Assembly: GCA_964187785.1 (NCBI GenBank) | Contig: OZ076419.1 | Coordinates: 27,094,001-27,158,000 of the forward strand | Length of the DNA stretch: 64,000 nt | Direction of reading: 5' to 3' | Source of the DNA: Amphiscolops sp. MND2022 | Lineage: Eukaryota | Shown here: positions 35,370-48,574 of the stretch, in pieces | Layout of the letters: each line of letters starts with the position of its first letter | Position numbering within the stretch: position 1 is the stretch's first letter | Position numbers and translations under genes: made by a program | The notes under the pieces: model-generated | Seen by the model: the letters and a program-made list of their open reading frames with translations, nothing else | Databases searched by the model: none | Told to the model about the DNA's origin: nothing

Positions 35370-36876
35370 TGTCCCAGGCGTCCGCCTGTGATGACAATTT
35401 ATATTCAATCTGCCACAATTACAAGAAAGTACAGCCCTACACCCTTCCATTAAATTAAACTCACAAGAAAACTTTTATAATCGCCCTAGAAAGTCATGTA
35501 AATCTATTATTTTGTTATGTTTTGTATTATGCAATTTCATGTAAAACTAATATATCAGTGTTAATATGTAAGCTAATTGGACACCAAGGCGTACAGGTAA
35601 AGGAAACGCGTTCGAATGTTTTCTCGCCTGTCGCCTTGGTCTACCAGTCCAATTAATTCGTTAGCCAATCACAGTGCAGTACTTTCTTTATTCGGTGCTG
35701 TATTATGCTGCTAGATTAAAGGGACTGAACGGCCATATGCCGCCAGTCAATAATATCTCGGTCCACTCATGTCGATTGGACGCTGAGGCCGTTTATGAAA
35801 TTAAAAGCGCTAGCTGGAAAGTGTTATGAATTACATAATAACCGGTGCTTTATCGTCTTATTTAGTGAATTATTAGTCCTAAAAGGACATGTAATCTGCA
35901 TTAAATAGTACGCCATCAATGCCTTTAATATACTTCATGCAATTAGAAAATGCTGAAATACATGTAGTTTATTTCGTTCATACATGTATGTCGTTGCTTG
36001 TCCGCATGGACCTTCAGTCTTCCCGCCACAATAACTGTCGGGAAAGGCCTTTTGATGTATGTAAATTATGATGATGTCACTAGTTAACCGTTGCTATATT
36101 TAGAACTGTTGCTATTTTTAGAAAGCCCTTAAGGCTATTATTAGAATATGATGATCAATATTACGCGTGTCATGTAGTTTGTTATGTATATATAGCGGAG
36201 ACATTTAGTCCCGGGGACAATATTTTTTGACCTTACTACATGCTTGTTACTTGATACTGAGTAATCTCACACTGAATTTGCAAGCTAAGAAAGTTAATTC
36301 ACTTCTTTATCTTGTACTGATCTCTTATGCCTTCAACAAGAAGACAAAAGGCTAAAGCTAGAAAGTCTAGGGAAATGGACATGTTGTCCGATTTTGAAAA
36401 CTTAGACGTGATGCTAGGAAATGGGAATGGCAACCCCATAGAAAGAGAGCTAGCCGAAGCTATAGATCAATCATCGGCCCACGGGGACGCAGATACTAAT
36501 ATGTACCGAGAGAGTGAATATAGAGATTACTCTCATGAAAATGATATGTTGAGACAAAATGAACTTAGACAACCTTTTGAAACTTTCCCAAATGAATTTT
36601 ACCCTAGATTGTCTCAGGAAATGGACTCTATGATGTCAATGATGCATAATCAAATAAATAGGGCTATTACGACTGCTATAAATGAAAGAGTCATTCCAGA
36701 AATCCAAAACGTTGCTAGTTCCATGTCCTCTGCTGGGCACAGGGACACTGAGGCCAGTTTGTCCCCGAATAGTCAGGAAAACAGGGAAAGCGCATCTGGG
36801 CCTAAATTGAAAATTGCAAGGAAAGATTCACGATCAGTAGGAGATCTAAGAGATACCACGGGTCATGATTCTCACA
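35370..36876 (+). mobile_element. Putative 1507-bp solo LTR containing a long ORF
   Basis: TGT...ACA termini flanked by a perfect 5-bp repeat CCTAG (35365-35369, 36877-36881). TATATATA at 36187 and AATAAA at 36653. No second copy in the window to confirm it. Confidence 0.6.
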
Positions 36877-36881
36877 CCTAG
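36327..36881 (+). CDS. 184-aa intronless ORF (MPSTRRQKAKARKSR...), probable N-terminus of a retroelement ORF1/Gag, cut at the element end
   Basis: ATG-initiated, with a basic N-terminus and a helical MDSMMSMMHNQINRAITTAINERVIPEIQN segment. The stop codon is the TAG of the right-hand CCTAG repeat. No domain recognised. Confidence 0.5.
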   Translation: MPSTRRQKAKARKSREMDMLSDFENLDVMLGNGNGNPIERELAEAIDQSSAHGDADTNMYRESEYRDYSHENDMLRQNELRQPFETFPNEFYPRLSQEMDSMMSMMHNQINRAITTAINERVIPEIQNVASSMSSAGHRDTEASLSPNSQENRESASGPKLKIARKDSRSVGDLRDTTGHDSHT

Positions 36882-37042
36882 TGCATTACAAACAACGACC
36901 AATTCACCGTGCTTGAACAAAAACGACACTCAGTTCAAAAAGATTGCCGAACTGTATCTACTTCGTATGTATATTGCAACAAAACTGACCGTGACAAAAC
37001 TTTCCGAATCTGCCCAGAAACTTGAAATCAAAAAACAAAAAC

Positions 37043-37481
37043 GGTACTCCTGACTAAGTGTGGTCCCTACAAAATTCAGGCAGCCGGTCTGAAAACTCCT
37101 GACTAAGTGTGGTCCCTAGCAAATTTAGAATAGCCAACGTAAAGCAAACATTACATGTAGTTCAAAACAGCAGAATTCAATTTACTAGTTTTTAGTTACA
37201 GCCAATATGTATGAAACTTGATTTGAAGAGGTTAGCATATTTGTTGTATGGCTCGGTCGCTTCGCTCCCTTCGCCAAGTAGCAACATTGAGGCATGGCCA
37301 TATGGCACGTCGCTCCGCTTCGCTTCGCTCCTGCATTTAGGGCACTAGGGGTATGTGAATTCACATAGCTGACTACGTTATAACAAATTTTCCGACAGAA
37401 TATGCAGGGATCACACTTACATTATAGGGACCACACTTAGTAAGGAGAAATCGCTTGGGACCAGACTTAGTCAGGAGTACC
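37043..37481. mobile_element. Merlin-like MITE (439 bp)
   Basis: ~25-bp TIR GGTACTCCTGACTAAGT(G/C)TGGTCCC, each end with a second internal copy of the motif. Perfect 8-bp TSD ACAAAAAC (37035-37042, 37482-37489). GGNRM-type terminus. Confidence 0.82.
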
Positions 37482-37625
37482 ACAAAAACTAATTAAGGAC
37501 ACGAACTCAACAAAATCTCGAAAACACTTACAAGACAATCGAACTGTATTCTCCGCTGGATGAAAATTACAACTGTGATTAATTTCAAAAGCGATGCTCA
37601 AAATCAAAGCATGCAGTAGGAAGCA

Positions 37626-38080
37626 AACAAGACGGAAACATTTAAAGTCGGCGCTATATCTAAGGCTCAAAAAGCGCAGTTTTTGAAATAGGCGTAGAAC
37701 GTTTTCATGAAAAACTCCTGTTTTCGAACTTCCGCCTCCTTCTTACTTAAAAGCAATGTAGTTCGGATATTGCGCTGAACTCCGGATATTACGAGGGGGA
37801 CTTCAAAAAAATGGAGGGGATAATACGATGGGGGACCCTTTGAAGACAAGAAAAAATTCGAAAGAAAGTCTCACAGTGCCGCCTTTAGTCGCGCCCGGTT
37901 TTGTATGTTACGTTTGAAAAGTGAAAATTGAAAGGTGGCCGTTAGCAGTAGCTTAGATGCGTTTCCCAAGTATTCGTTTAGCTGAGCAAAATTTTGTCGC
38001 ATTCGAGTCTGTCTTGAAGAAAAAAAACCAGTGACTGTAATAGTCGGGCTCTTGTATCATATAAAAGCGCCGACTAAAAA
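37626..38080 (-). mobile_element. HINE-like copy
   Basis: aacaagacggaaacatttaaagtcggcgc at the left; agtcgggc at 38042 and gcgccgactaaaaa at 38067-38080 at the right. Confidence 0.72.
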
Positions 38081-39229
38081 CTAGATGAAATAAGTTAGAT
38101 TTGGAGGACACTTTGAAAGACACCTCTGGGCCCACTTCGTAGAAGGCCTTAGCAAAATTTTTTTAAATACTGACAGTTTTGGAGCCGGAGAGACAAAAAA
38201 TGCAAACAAAACCGGAGAACCTGGACGACAAGGACTAATCGCGGAAACCGTATAGATCAAATCCTGAGTAAGGTTATTGTACAGATTTTGACTTTTTGCT
38301 GTGCTTGTAGAGAAATGATGATAGAAATGCAGCCAGCAACGAAAGAAAAAAAGCGATTTTTTTTCATTGTCTAAAATCTTTTTTCAATTACTTCTCTACT
38401 CAATCTCCTCAGTATTCGTCCCATTGGAACGTTAGAGAAACATTACTGCAACTTCTGTTTGTTTTTGGGAACCTGCCAGTGACTGACTGACCTCAAAGAA
38501 TGTTTTCTTCCAAACAGTTCTGATTCACTTCACGTGGAGCTTTGTGGAAACAATCTGATCATTATTGCACATCATAGCAAAATATAAATTTATCACGACA
38601 AAAACAGTAGAACTGCTATGTTATGAATGTCTGTGGTACACTGAATATAGTGGTCTTTACTTGATTTGTTCTATATTAGTGTCTGTCGACAGTCAATTGA
38701 TTAGGATCAAAAATGTAAGTTAGGCAGAATTTGTTTTATTTCCGAAAAAAACGTAACAGTTGCGGTAAAAAAGTTAAATATACGATGCTTAAAAGACTGT
38801 GATGCAGTTAAAGTCATGTTGATCGATTGCAAAGAGTACAATCAATAACCAAAATGAAGAAAAACTCAATTTTGGATTTTTTGCCAGAAAAAACATTTCG
38901 AGGAGACTATAACACAAAATTTTTACTTCAAAAGCAGCCAACTACTGAATTATTCAACTGCTATATGAGCATCGGTGTGCTGCAGATTATCCTGCTAAAT
39001 ACAGCACTGCAAAATCTCTGCACGGTGTGTGGAAACGCTTAATTCAAAAGATCAAGAAGCAGGATTTTCTAGGAAACGTGCGCTGCGTTTTAACAAAAAT
39101 CGGCAGAAACAAAGTTTTTAAAAGGAAATCAGGTTTTTGGAACGTAAGACGACTTCATTCCTGAAACTCTTTTTGGAATTTTTCCATTCAAAAAAAACAA
39201 AATATCTTTTATTACGTTCGATATAAAAC

Positions 39230-39690
39230 AGCAACTGGAAATAGTGTAAAGTGTATCCGATGAACTTTAGGAACTTTCAAAGCACAAGTCACCCTATCAA
39301 GTCTTCTGACATCCGTGGAATTCTTAAACGCGATAGCAGCATCTCCACGACCATCCAGAAGCGCAGACGGAAATGGCTTGGTCATATGCTCTTCAATGAC
39401 CCCACTACTCTCTCCCAAACTCCGTCCTAGAGTTCGTTAAGGGAACCGACTGGAAACACACCAGGGGAGGTATGAAGTGGACCTGGCGAGACCTAATCAA
39501 AGCGGACCTCAGCTCCATCCTCAAACCCGAGAAACTGAAAAAAGAAGTCTGGGACGCGGAATGGTTCTCGATCGCCAGCGACGCAGCAAGAAGCAGGCGC
39601 CAGAGGAACACAATCATCCGTGACGTGCAAGAGGAGCGCATTGGACAGTGACTATTTGATACGCCCTAACTGGAACTGAAATTGGAACTT
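39230..39690 (+). pseudogene. 3' fragment of an RTE-like non-LTR retrotransposon
   Basis: ISTTIQKRRRKWLGHML and KWTWRDLIKADL...W...A.DAAR resemble the C-terminal region of RTE-type ORFs; short ctg(g/a)aa repeats at the tail. Confidence 0.65.
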
Positions 39691-40726
39691 CCAAAAACGT
39701 TGTTTCGGCCAAGAAAAGCTTTATGGCTTTTTTTCGGTAAGCACTTCATCACACTCATCCCTAAGTGTACTACGTCGTGCTACGTCTATAAAGCTATCAA
39801 AATGCTGCGTCAGCAGACCTCTAAAAGTTGATAAACCGAAAGGTCTTTAAAATAACGTCAATTATTTGTAACAACGTTCAATGATGTTTTGTGCGGAAAC
39901 CCTTTCAAGCCAAAACGTTTTTCGGAAAAACCAAAACGTTATCTAAAATATCTTTGAAAAAAAAGCCCAAAGAAAAGTAATAGACTACATGTCACGAAGG
40001 CCACAAAAAGTGAAAAAAAAACAAAATCCAAAAGAAGTGCTCCAATGAGGTATGTCGCTGTGCTCGAGCGATGAAAAAGCACCTTTGATTAGTGTTTCCC
40101 GGACTGTTTCAATTACACAAGGCTTTATGAAAACATTTACAGAGTCGAAAGATCACACTGTTTTCCGATGACACCATTGTGTCCACTTTTTGTTCAATAC
40201 AAAATCTCATATGTCGATACTAAAATTTTAACATTGTCGTTTTTGTTTCTCGGTTTTTCGAAGCTATTGTGTTTAAAACAATGAAGAATTGCGAATCAAA
40301 TTTCGCAGAAACTTTGTGAAGCGGCCTTAGTTCAATCTGCAGCGAAGTTGATCATTCTGCTTTCAATCATACAGCCCCAAAAGTGTACATTACTAGGCAA
40401 AGACCGGGCGCTTGCATGGAAAAAGTTTGTAGAATTGCAAGCAACGTCCGCTTTCATTCAAACCTAATACATTTTCACTTGACGTTTCGACTACCTCATT
40501 AACATTCTTTTCACACTTCAGTCTCTCAAATACTCAACTTATGTTATTTTAGTGGAAATGCTCGCTGAAGATGGTGTTACGTTGAAACCCATGATTTTAT
40601 TGCTAAGCCTTCGAAGGGCAAAAAATTGACAAGTTTCTAGCTGTTTTAAAAAATGAGATATTGCACATTAAGTGCCACAAAACTCCATGCCTCCGATCTA
40701 ATGCCAAATTTAGGAAGCATCTTTAA

Positions 40727-41174
40727 CCCTAGGTGGACAAGGAAATTTCAGGATTCATCCAAAAATCTGGTGCTTAAACTTTAAACCACAATCTTTTAAA
40801 CTAGTCAAGTCCGACAAACGATTTATAGCACGTTCGCAAGAATACAATCAGGGCTTTCAATTTAGTTTTGGCTCCGGAATTTGCGCCTCGTGTTTCTGAC
40901 TGCATTGCAATATGTTTTGAAACATGCTAGGGCCACTTTGACACAATTTTCATACCAGTAGGATAAAGTGGTCATAAACTGAGAAAACGGAAAATCTGCC
41001 CTATTTTTTTGATTTTGGAGACAGTTTGTCAATATTCCGTGAAAAGGCATGCAATGCTATGTGATGTCGTCTGAAAATCTTATTCAAGAGTTTCTTTACC
41101 ATACGGTCAGCTGGTTCGTTTAGAAGTTTGCAGAAACTAACTGGTACGAATTCGTACCAATGGGCCATTTAAGA
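40727..41174. mobile_element. piggyBac-like MITE copy (degenerate right TIR)
   Basis: TTAA|CCCTAGGTGGAC ... GGGCCATTTAAGA|TTAA; same family as 30799-31318 in opposite orientation. Confidence 0.8.
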
Positions 41175-41684
41175 TTAAGCAGCTTTATCAAATTAAGCAG
41201 CTTAATCAAATTGAAACATGGAAATTAATGCATTGATTTTCCCGTAAGAGCTTCATTTACTGCTTCCAAAAAATACTATGTACAAAAATTCGCACCAATA
41301 AAAACATCAACAGTGAAAAAAGTGTCAAATGACTGGATAAACACCAAGTTGAAAAACGGAATCACTAAAAGAAATAAATGGCTTCAAAATGCGATAAAAT
41401 GTCCAACTCAGAAAAACAGAAGTATTTACAAAAACCAGAGGAACATGGTGAAAACATTAATAAAAAATGCCAAACGCAACAGCAATTTTGATCAACTGGA
41501 AAAATATCCAACTGGAAATGCTCGCTGAAGATGGTGTTACGTTGAAACCCATGATTTTATTGCTGAGCCTTCGAAGGGCGAAAAATTGGCAAGTTTCTAG
41601 CTGCTCTAAAAAAAGCTATTGCACATTAAGTGTCGGAAAACTCCATGCCTCCGATCTGCCGCCAAATTTAGGAAGCATCTTTAA

Positions 41685-42133
41685 CCCTAAATGGACAGGA
41701 AAATTTCCGGATTCATCCAAAAATCTGGTGCCTAAACTCTAAACCACAATCTTTTAAACTATTCAAGTCCGACAAACGATTTATGGCACGTTCGCAAGAA
41801 TACAATCAGGGCTTTCAATTTAGTTTTGGCTCCGGAATTTGCGCCTCGTGTTTCTGACTGCATTGCAATATGTTTTGAATTAAGTTAGGGCCACGTTGAC
41901 ACAATCTTCATACCAGTGGGATAAGTTGGTCATAAATTGAGAAAACGGAAAATCTGCCCTATTTTTTTTTATTTTGGAGACAGTTTGTCAATATTCCGTG
42001 AAAAGGCATGCAATGCTATGTGATGTCGTCTGAAAATCTTTTTCAAGAGTTTCTTTACCATACGGTCACCTGGTTCGTTTAGAAGTTTGCAGAAACTAAC
42101 TGGTACGAATTCGTACCAATGGTCCATTTAAGA
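41685..42133. mobile_element. piggyBac-like MITE copy in the second duplication unit
   Basis: TTAA|CCCTAAATGGAC ... GGTCCATTTAAGA|TTAA. Confidence 0.8.
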
Positions 42134-42139
42134 TTAAGC

Positions 42140-44260
42140 AGCTTTATCAAATTAAGCAGCTTAATCAAATTGAAACATGGAAATTAATGCATTGATTTTC
42201 CCGTAAGAGCTTCATTTACTGCTTCCAAAAAATACTCTGTACAAAAATTCGCGCCAATAAAAACATCAACAGTGAAAAAAGTGTCAAATAACTGGATAAA
42301 CACCAAGTTGAAAAACGGAATCACTAAAAGAAATAAATGACTTCAAAATGCGATAAAATGTCCAACTGAGAAAAACAGAAGTATTTACAAAAACCAGAGG
42401 AACATGGTGAAAACATTGATAAAAAATGCCAAACGCAACAGCAATTTTGATCAACTGGAAAAATATCCAAGCGCAAAAAAAAGATTTATTGAACTTGAAA
42501 AGTTCCGGAAGACAGGATCAACCCACTGTAAACGTTCCTGACCGGGAAAAATAACACTTTTTCACAACCATCGGACAAACATTGGCCTCATCTAGTCTTC
42601 CTGCTCAACACAAATATGAAACTGATAAACTTGAGAAATCAACGGTATTGAACTACACGAACGAATTGGAATTTTCTAAAACGGTTGCTTGTTTGAAAAT
42701 CAAGAGAAGCAGTGGTCGCGATGGTATCAGTAACGAAATTTTAAAAAGTTGTTTTCCAGTAATTGGAAAATATTTGATGGGAAGTTTTAATTAATGCATT
42801 GAAAAACAGTTTTTTCCTGAATTTCTATAATTGCAAAGGTTTTGCCTGTATTCAAAAAGGGTGACGAAAATCTACCGTGTAACTACAGTCAAATAAGTCT
42901 TCTGAGCTCCCTTAGTAAGGTTTTTGAGAAAATTCTGTACAAGCGAATGATCCAGTGTTCTAACAAAAACAATCACTTTACCCCAGCGCAGTATGGCTTC
43001 AGACCAAAATTTTCATGCGCTCATGCATTTCCTGAATCACTCACTGGTGGTGAAATTGATAAAAAACAAATGGAATAGTTTGTTCTTTTGATCTACAGAA
43101 AACTTTCCACTCGTTAGATTATGAAATACTGTTAGCCAAAGTATTTATGGAATCAGAGGCCCTATATAAAAAATATTGGTTGACTAATATACAGATCGCA
43201 GATTGTATATGTAAATAACAATCGGAGTTAAATTGCCCAAATTTTTACAGGAGTCCCCCAAGGGTCAGTTCTCAGTCCGTTTTCGTTCCTGGTATACATC
43301 ATCAATTTCGCCCAGACCTTTCAAAATGATAATAAAATTGCACTTTTCGCAGATGACACATCCATTATAAATACAGAAAAAGGACATATTAACATGCACA
43401 ATGAATTGCATAAATGTTTTGATCGTTTCAATTATAACAAATTGTTTATCATCACCCTAAAATGTGAAACTATGTCATTCGGTAGCAACCACCAAAATAC
43501 GCTAACAGTTCATAACGAACTCATTTTATGAAACACAAGCTGTCGGTCTTTGGGTGTGTACATTGACTCGAATTTACCATTCAGAGACCATTTTATTCAC
43601 GTAGTAAAAAGTCTCAATAAGTTTTGCGGCCTGATCTATAGAGTTCGGGATAATTTTCCAATAAAGTGTTTAATGTCGTTCTACAATGCGTATGCCAGGT
43701 CTGTGATTTGCTATGGCCTATTGATTTATGGGAGTGCGGCGAAAACAAAGCTTGAAAAAAATGAACTGGGACACAGGTCACTTATTAGAGCCATTTTATT
43801 CAAGAAAAAGTATGACAGTTTACAAGATGTTTTGCGGCAAACGGATCTGAATACAGTTTTTGAATTGTTCATTGTGGATGTACTCCGACAAATCTTTAAT
43901 CAGCTGAGATCTAACGCAACAACGAAAATTTCAAAACTCGTTGTTGAAACGATACATCAAAAACGAGAGGATGGAAAGAGGGATCTTGGCAATACAATAG
44001 AGCCGAGCAAAAAGTAGATCAAAATCGGATGGATATACACTGAATGAAGGATATAATTGGTTGCTGAAATGGAATTTAATACCTGATAGTATCGAAATCA
44101 TGTCACTAGGACAAATCAAAACATACCTGAAAACCCTAAATAGGCTTTATGTAACAGATAGTGATAACCTTTTTGCATTATTTTTCCAATTGAAAACTTG
44201 GTCATCGTTCTTAAGATACTCCTAGATCTTTAACATAAACTAAAGAAAAAATAATGAAGT
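42140..44260 (+). pseudogene. Degenerate 5'-truncated CR1/L2-group LINE reverse transcriptase
   Basis: Frame-broken motifs SSGRDGISNEILK, PVFKKGD...NYSQISLLSSLSKVFEKIL, TGVPQGSVL, FADDT (43346-43360), LGVYIDSNL and YGLLIYG; multiple stops. Confidence 0.88.
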
Positions 44261-47200
44261 TTTTCTGTGTAAAAATTAGTGACTGTGAATAATAAATGAT
44301 TAAGTTTGAGTTGGTCTGAATTTGCTTCTCTAAAATCCAGGGCAGAAACTTGAAGAGCTGATTATGCACCTTTTCTGTCCTGCTTGAACGTTTTTTCCTT
44401 AATTTTTGAATAATTATGTTGTTTCATGTATGCGTTCACGAAAATACAACTTGCAACTTTCTACTGTTTTATAATACTCTTTCACATAATGTCTCAAGTC
44501 ATAATATATCTATTTGACAATTCAAAAAAAACTTGTAAAAAGTTCCAGCAGTTTCAATCAGGGCCCTGTGATAATGTTTTCATGAGGTGCTGCAAAATGT
44601 CAGCAATACTGAGCAAGACTTTGATACAACTTTTCAAAATGAGGTATGAACTCCCGGGACTAACACGGTTTCTTGACAATAAAAAAAGTGTTGACAAATT
44701 GCTTCAGATATGTTACCGACGGAAATATCATACCCGGTTAAAACAAATCCTCAAAAAGAACAAAAAGTGATTCTAAGCGCAGAGTGTAAACGTTTAATTT
44801 TGTTTTCGCTAGTCAATGAGAAGCGAAGCGAAGTGCATTAAAAACGTCACTTACGACCAAATTATCAATGGGTTCGTTGTTTATCACTTCCCGATAGAGC
44901 ACGTTTGCAGTTTTTGTAGACTTGTAGACTCTTTATTCGGTTAAACGTTTGACAATTACCGAAGTATCCTGGACCTCTTGACAAAATTCCGTGTTCCTGG
45001 AAATTTAGGGATGACATTGAAAGCTCCTTGCTTTCAGTAGGTTTCTACTTTGGTGTTTCTGTTGACATTCAAAGACCTTTGTGATTTGAGTGAATTTCCA
45101 CAGCAAAAAGTTTGATACAATTGGGATAGTGTAGTGATTAAAATTGTGATGAGCTTGTCTGTGACTCGTTTGAATCCAAGAATTAATTATCACAGTGGAC
45201 CATCTTATACATTAAGAAATATGTAGAAGAATGTCTCAACAAGGGCGGTATCATCTAGAAAAGCATAGCCGCTTATTCGGCGTTTTTTACCTCGTGAATT
45301 TGGGAAAAAAATTCTATCAAAAAATAAGTTGAGCAAAATTTTATCCAGCAAGCCACGACAACTGACACTCGAAACCAAACCATGTCGAAATCAGTCGATT
45401 CACCATGTCGAAACCTCACCATGCGACATGTAACAAGCATGCACTCTCTCAACAAATCAATGCCATGTTAAGCAAGCCTGATTTCTGCATGATTATCACT
45501 CCTTTACCATTATTTTCCCCATGTCAACATAGGCAGATGCATAGGTGGTCATAAATTTCTTTCCCAAGATGAACATTCCAAATTTGGAAAACCTGAGCTT
45601 GAGATCATGTTGTCTGGCTGGGTTGCAGCATTAACGTGTTTCCCATTTGCATATACAAAACAACTTTTACAGCCTATTTTAAAGAATATATATTATATTT
45701 AATCACGGATCAAAACAATCCCCTCTGTACATGTAATATATTACGGACCCCCGCTCCTGTCAAGAGCATGCTTTGTCTGCAATTTCTCTGTCTTGGGTGT
45801 TATCTTCGAACTAGTTATAACTTGTTATAACTGAACCAAGGTATTACTTATGTCAAGAGGATTCTTTTCGGATTTTGCGGGTACGGCCATTTGATCTGAC
45901 CCAAGTTAAATGTATTTATTAAACTGTACCACACGTAAATTTATCGATATTTACTGCAAGTTAGTAGGAACGGCCTGTCTAAACAGAAACTACGACTAGA
46001 TAGGTTCTATCTATAAGTTCAAATTCTATAAAATTCCAGAGCTATTTTCTGCAAAAGTTTCAACATGTTTAAGTGATAAGTCAGTCGTCACATTTAATTC
46101 TGGTACAATTCAAATATTCAGTTAACCTGATTTAAGCACTTGTAATATTGATAGACGCGCCGTGCGACTTGAGTTACAATATAAGCATGACCCGTTTTTC
46201 CCGGATTATACGGGAAAAAGTTTTAGAACCAACTTTATGCTACAGCGTATATTGGTAACGAAAGATTCTGATACCAATCTGTGTATGCATACATGCATAT
46301 GTACACTGCAGTTCGATAATATGTAATAAACAAAAAGTAGAATCAATGAGTTTTAGCTGGCGATGACTTTTCAGTTCTAATGGTTGAGGGAAAACCGAAT
46401 ATATCGGACACGGTATATACATATGTCACCGTATGACAAACCAATTTTACTAGTAACATTTTCGTTGAAACTTTTTTCGACCCTGTAAAATTCCATGCTA
46501 AATTATTTGATTCTAAATAATTTGGCTAAATTTCTCGATTCAGCTGAAACACAATTAATGTCGAAATTCCTCGATTTCAGTGACGCGATATATAGGTATA
46601 AGAAACGTCAAAAGCTAGCTGGAATTTTCATTTCAATTTCGACATTTAATGATTGCATTATTTCATAATCAAATTGAAAACGCGCTCATGGAGTCTTGCT
46701 ATTTTAAGCGAAATGGCTTAATGCAAAATATCTTCCGTCTATTCTTTCGGGAATTTCGTAGCTTCCGATGGGCACTGCTTTGCTTTTTGGACCTAAAAAA
46801 TCAAATTCTAGCCCAAGGACAAAACATACGCACCATTTTGACTCGAGTATTCGTTCACACTTAGCGCTCATGTTTGTTTATGGGGGTTGACAACGGGTTG
46901 TTATTCACACATCAAGCAAGCGGCAACCCTTTAAGGTAAACGTTTTTCTATGCACGTTGAAGAATACAAGTTCAATGGGATTTAATGTTGAAAGAATAGC
47001 CTAGAGATAGCTCTTCTGTGTATTTACATGTATAAATATACACATAGTTGGAAATTTCTATACATTCGATAGACTTTGGTTTCAGCATTAAGTTTTGTAA
47101 AACTTCTTTTAAAAGGAGAATATTCAACTTAGGAAGACGTTTAACTTAAAGAGCCGGGTTTATTATAACTAAACAGCGTTCGGCCGGCATTTAATCAACT

Positions 47201-48574
47201 ATCCTTACGACCAGATTATAGCCAGAAAATCTAAAACTAGTTCACTGATTATAACGAACTCTTCTCTCAAAGCCAACTAAACATGACCGAATTAGATTTA
47301 TCTCTTCCCTTTTTTCTACGGATTACGGTAATTCCCGAAACTGTTTTAATTTACTAAATGCCGCCAGAATTAGTGGGACGATTCAAGAACAAATATTTCT
47401 GAAACTGTAGTTCGGACCAGCCAGCTAACTTTCAACTGAATCCTCTGAGTATTCACGGAGTTTTCACATCTGTTCACAACAAACTTCCAGAGGCTCGACT
47501 TGATTGAAACATCAATAGAAGCAATTCTAGGCTAAATTGAAATTCATTCACGCTACAATTTGTAGACTGTATGAAATAAATTTTGCAATTTTGTAATATT
47601 GGGAAAGAAATATGCCGTTCACGTGATCAAACGGCGCGATTCTTGGTGGGGAATGTTTCTTTGTGGAAATATTAGAATTAGTGACAGTGTTTCCATTTGG
47701 TATACCTGACTAACTGTGCATGTATACAACTAAAGTTCACAAACATTTCTAGAACGGTTGGTGTAATTTGATCATTCAGATCAATCCCCCCTCCCAAGCA
47801 AGTAGCCAATCAAACAAGATTCACCTGCGTTGGTTCAAAAACCTGTTATTAGTTATAGCAAAAGCTCGAGACATACTGGCTCAAGAAGAACCATACTTGC
47901 AATTTCTTCGACCTTTTCTTGCGTGGAAATAGCAACAAAATTGGGCCCTATAGATTTTGGTTTCACAAAAACATGCAAAATTTGGATCTACAGCCAACAT
48001 TGCAGTTGGAATATTGGGTAACATAGTTCAAGAACTATGTTTATTTTCATTTTCTGTAGATTACAACTCGGTAAATAATTTATGGTCTACTGGTTTCAAT
48101 GTATCCCATTTGAAACAAAAGATAAAGGTTTAAATTTTCAATGTTACTTTGAATAATGCTGGGATTTCAATTGAAGCCAAATTCTTATCTTCACTTTTAT
48201 CATAGTTTAATTCTTTCGCAATATTATCATCAAAAAATATTTCGTTAGCTTTACAACTTACAATTGTTACAGATTAGATAGCAATGAAAGTAATTATTAA
48301 TATTCCCTTTTTATCCTATTTTCTCATTTATTTTCCGAGTACAAAAGCGACTGACAGAACAACTATATCTACAGGTAAGATTTTGTTATAACTTTCATTG
48401 TAAAAGTTTGATGATGGAAACTCAGGAGTGTCAGCAGATCAGGTGTCTGCGCTGTGATGGTTACCAATAAACAAGCCCGGAACGGCTTAAGTCAGCGCCA
48501 CGCCTAAGGCCAAAAGGGGCAAAAGGACTTCATTTCGTCGAGAAACCTTTTCTGAGGAAATTCTCAATCTCATC

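Larger units (their letters stand above)
40553..42470 (+). repeat. Head-to-tail ~960-bp tandem duplication (40553-41512, 41513-42470)
   Basis: Both copies start tggaaatgctcgctgaagatgg and end gaaaaatatccaa. Each contains a piggyBac-like MITE and the start of the LINE relic. Confidence 0.93.

Noticed and set aside
35313-36270. Alternative LTR boundaries TGTGAAATT...AATCTCACA
   Set aside because: No flanking duplication and no PBS after 36270; the 35370-36876 boundaries have a perfect TSD.
48140-48330. Minus-strand reading resembling a bacterial lipoprotein signal peptide (MRK*DKKGILIITFIAI*SVTIVSC)
   Set aside because: Two in-frame stops within 20 codons and no recognisable downstream domain; AT-rich DNA readily yields I/K/F-rich strings.
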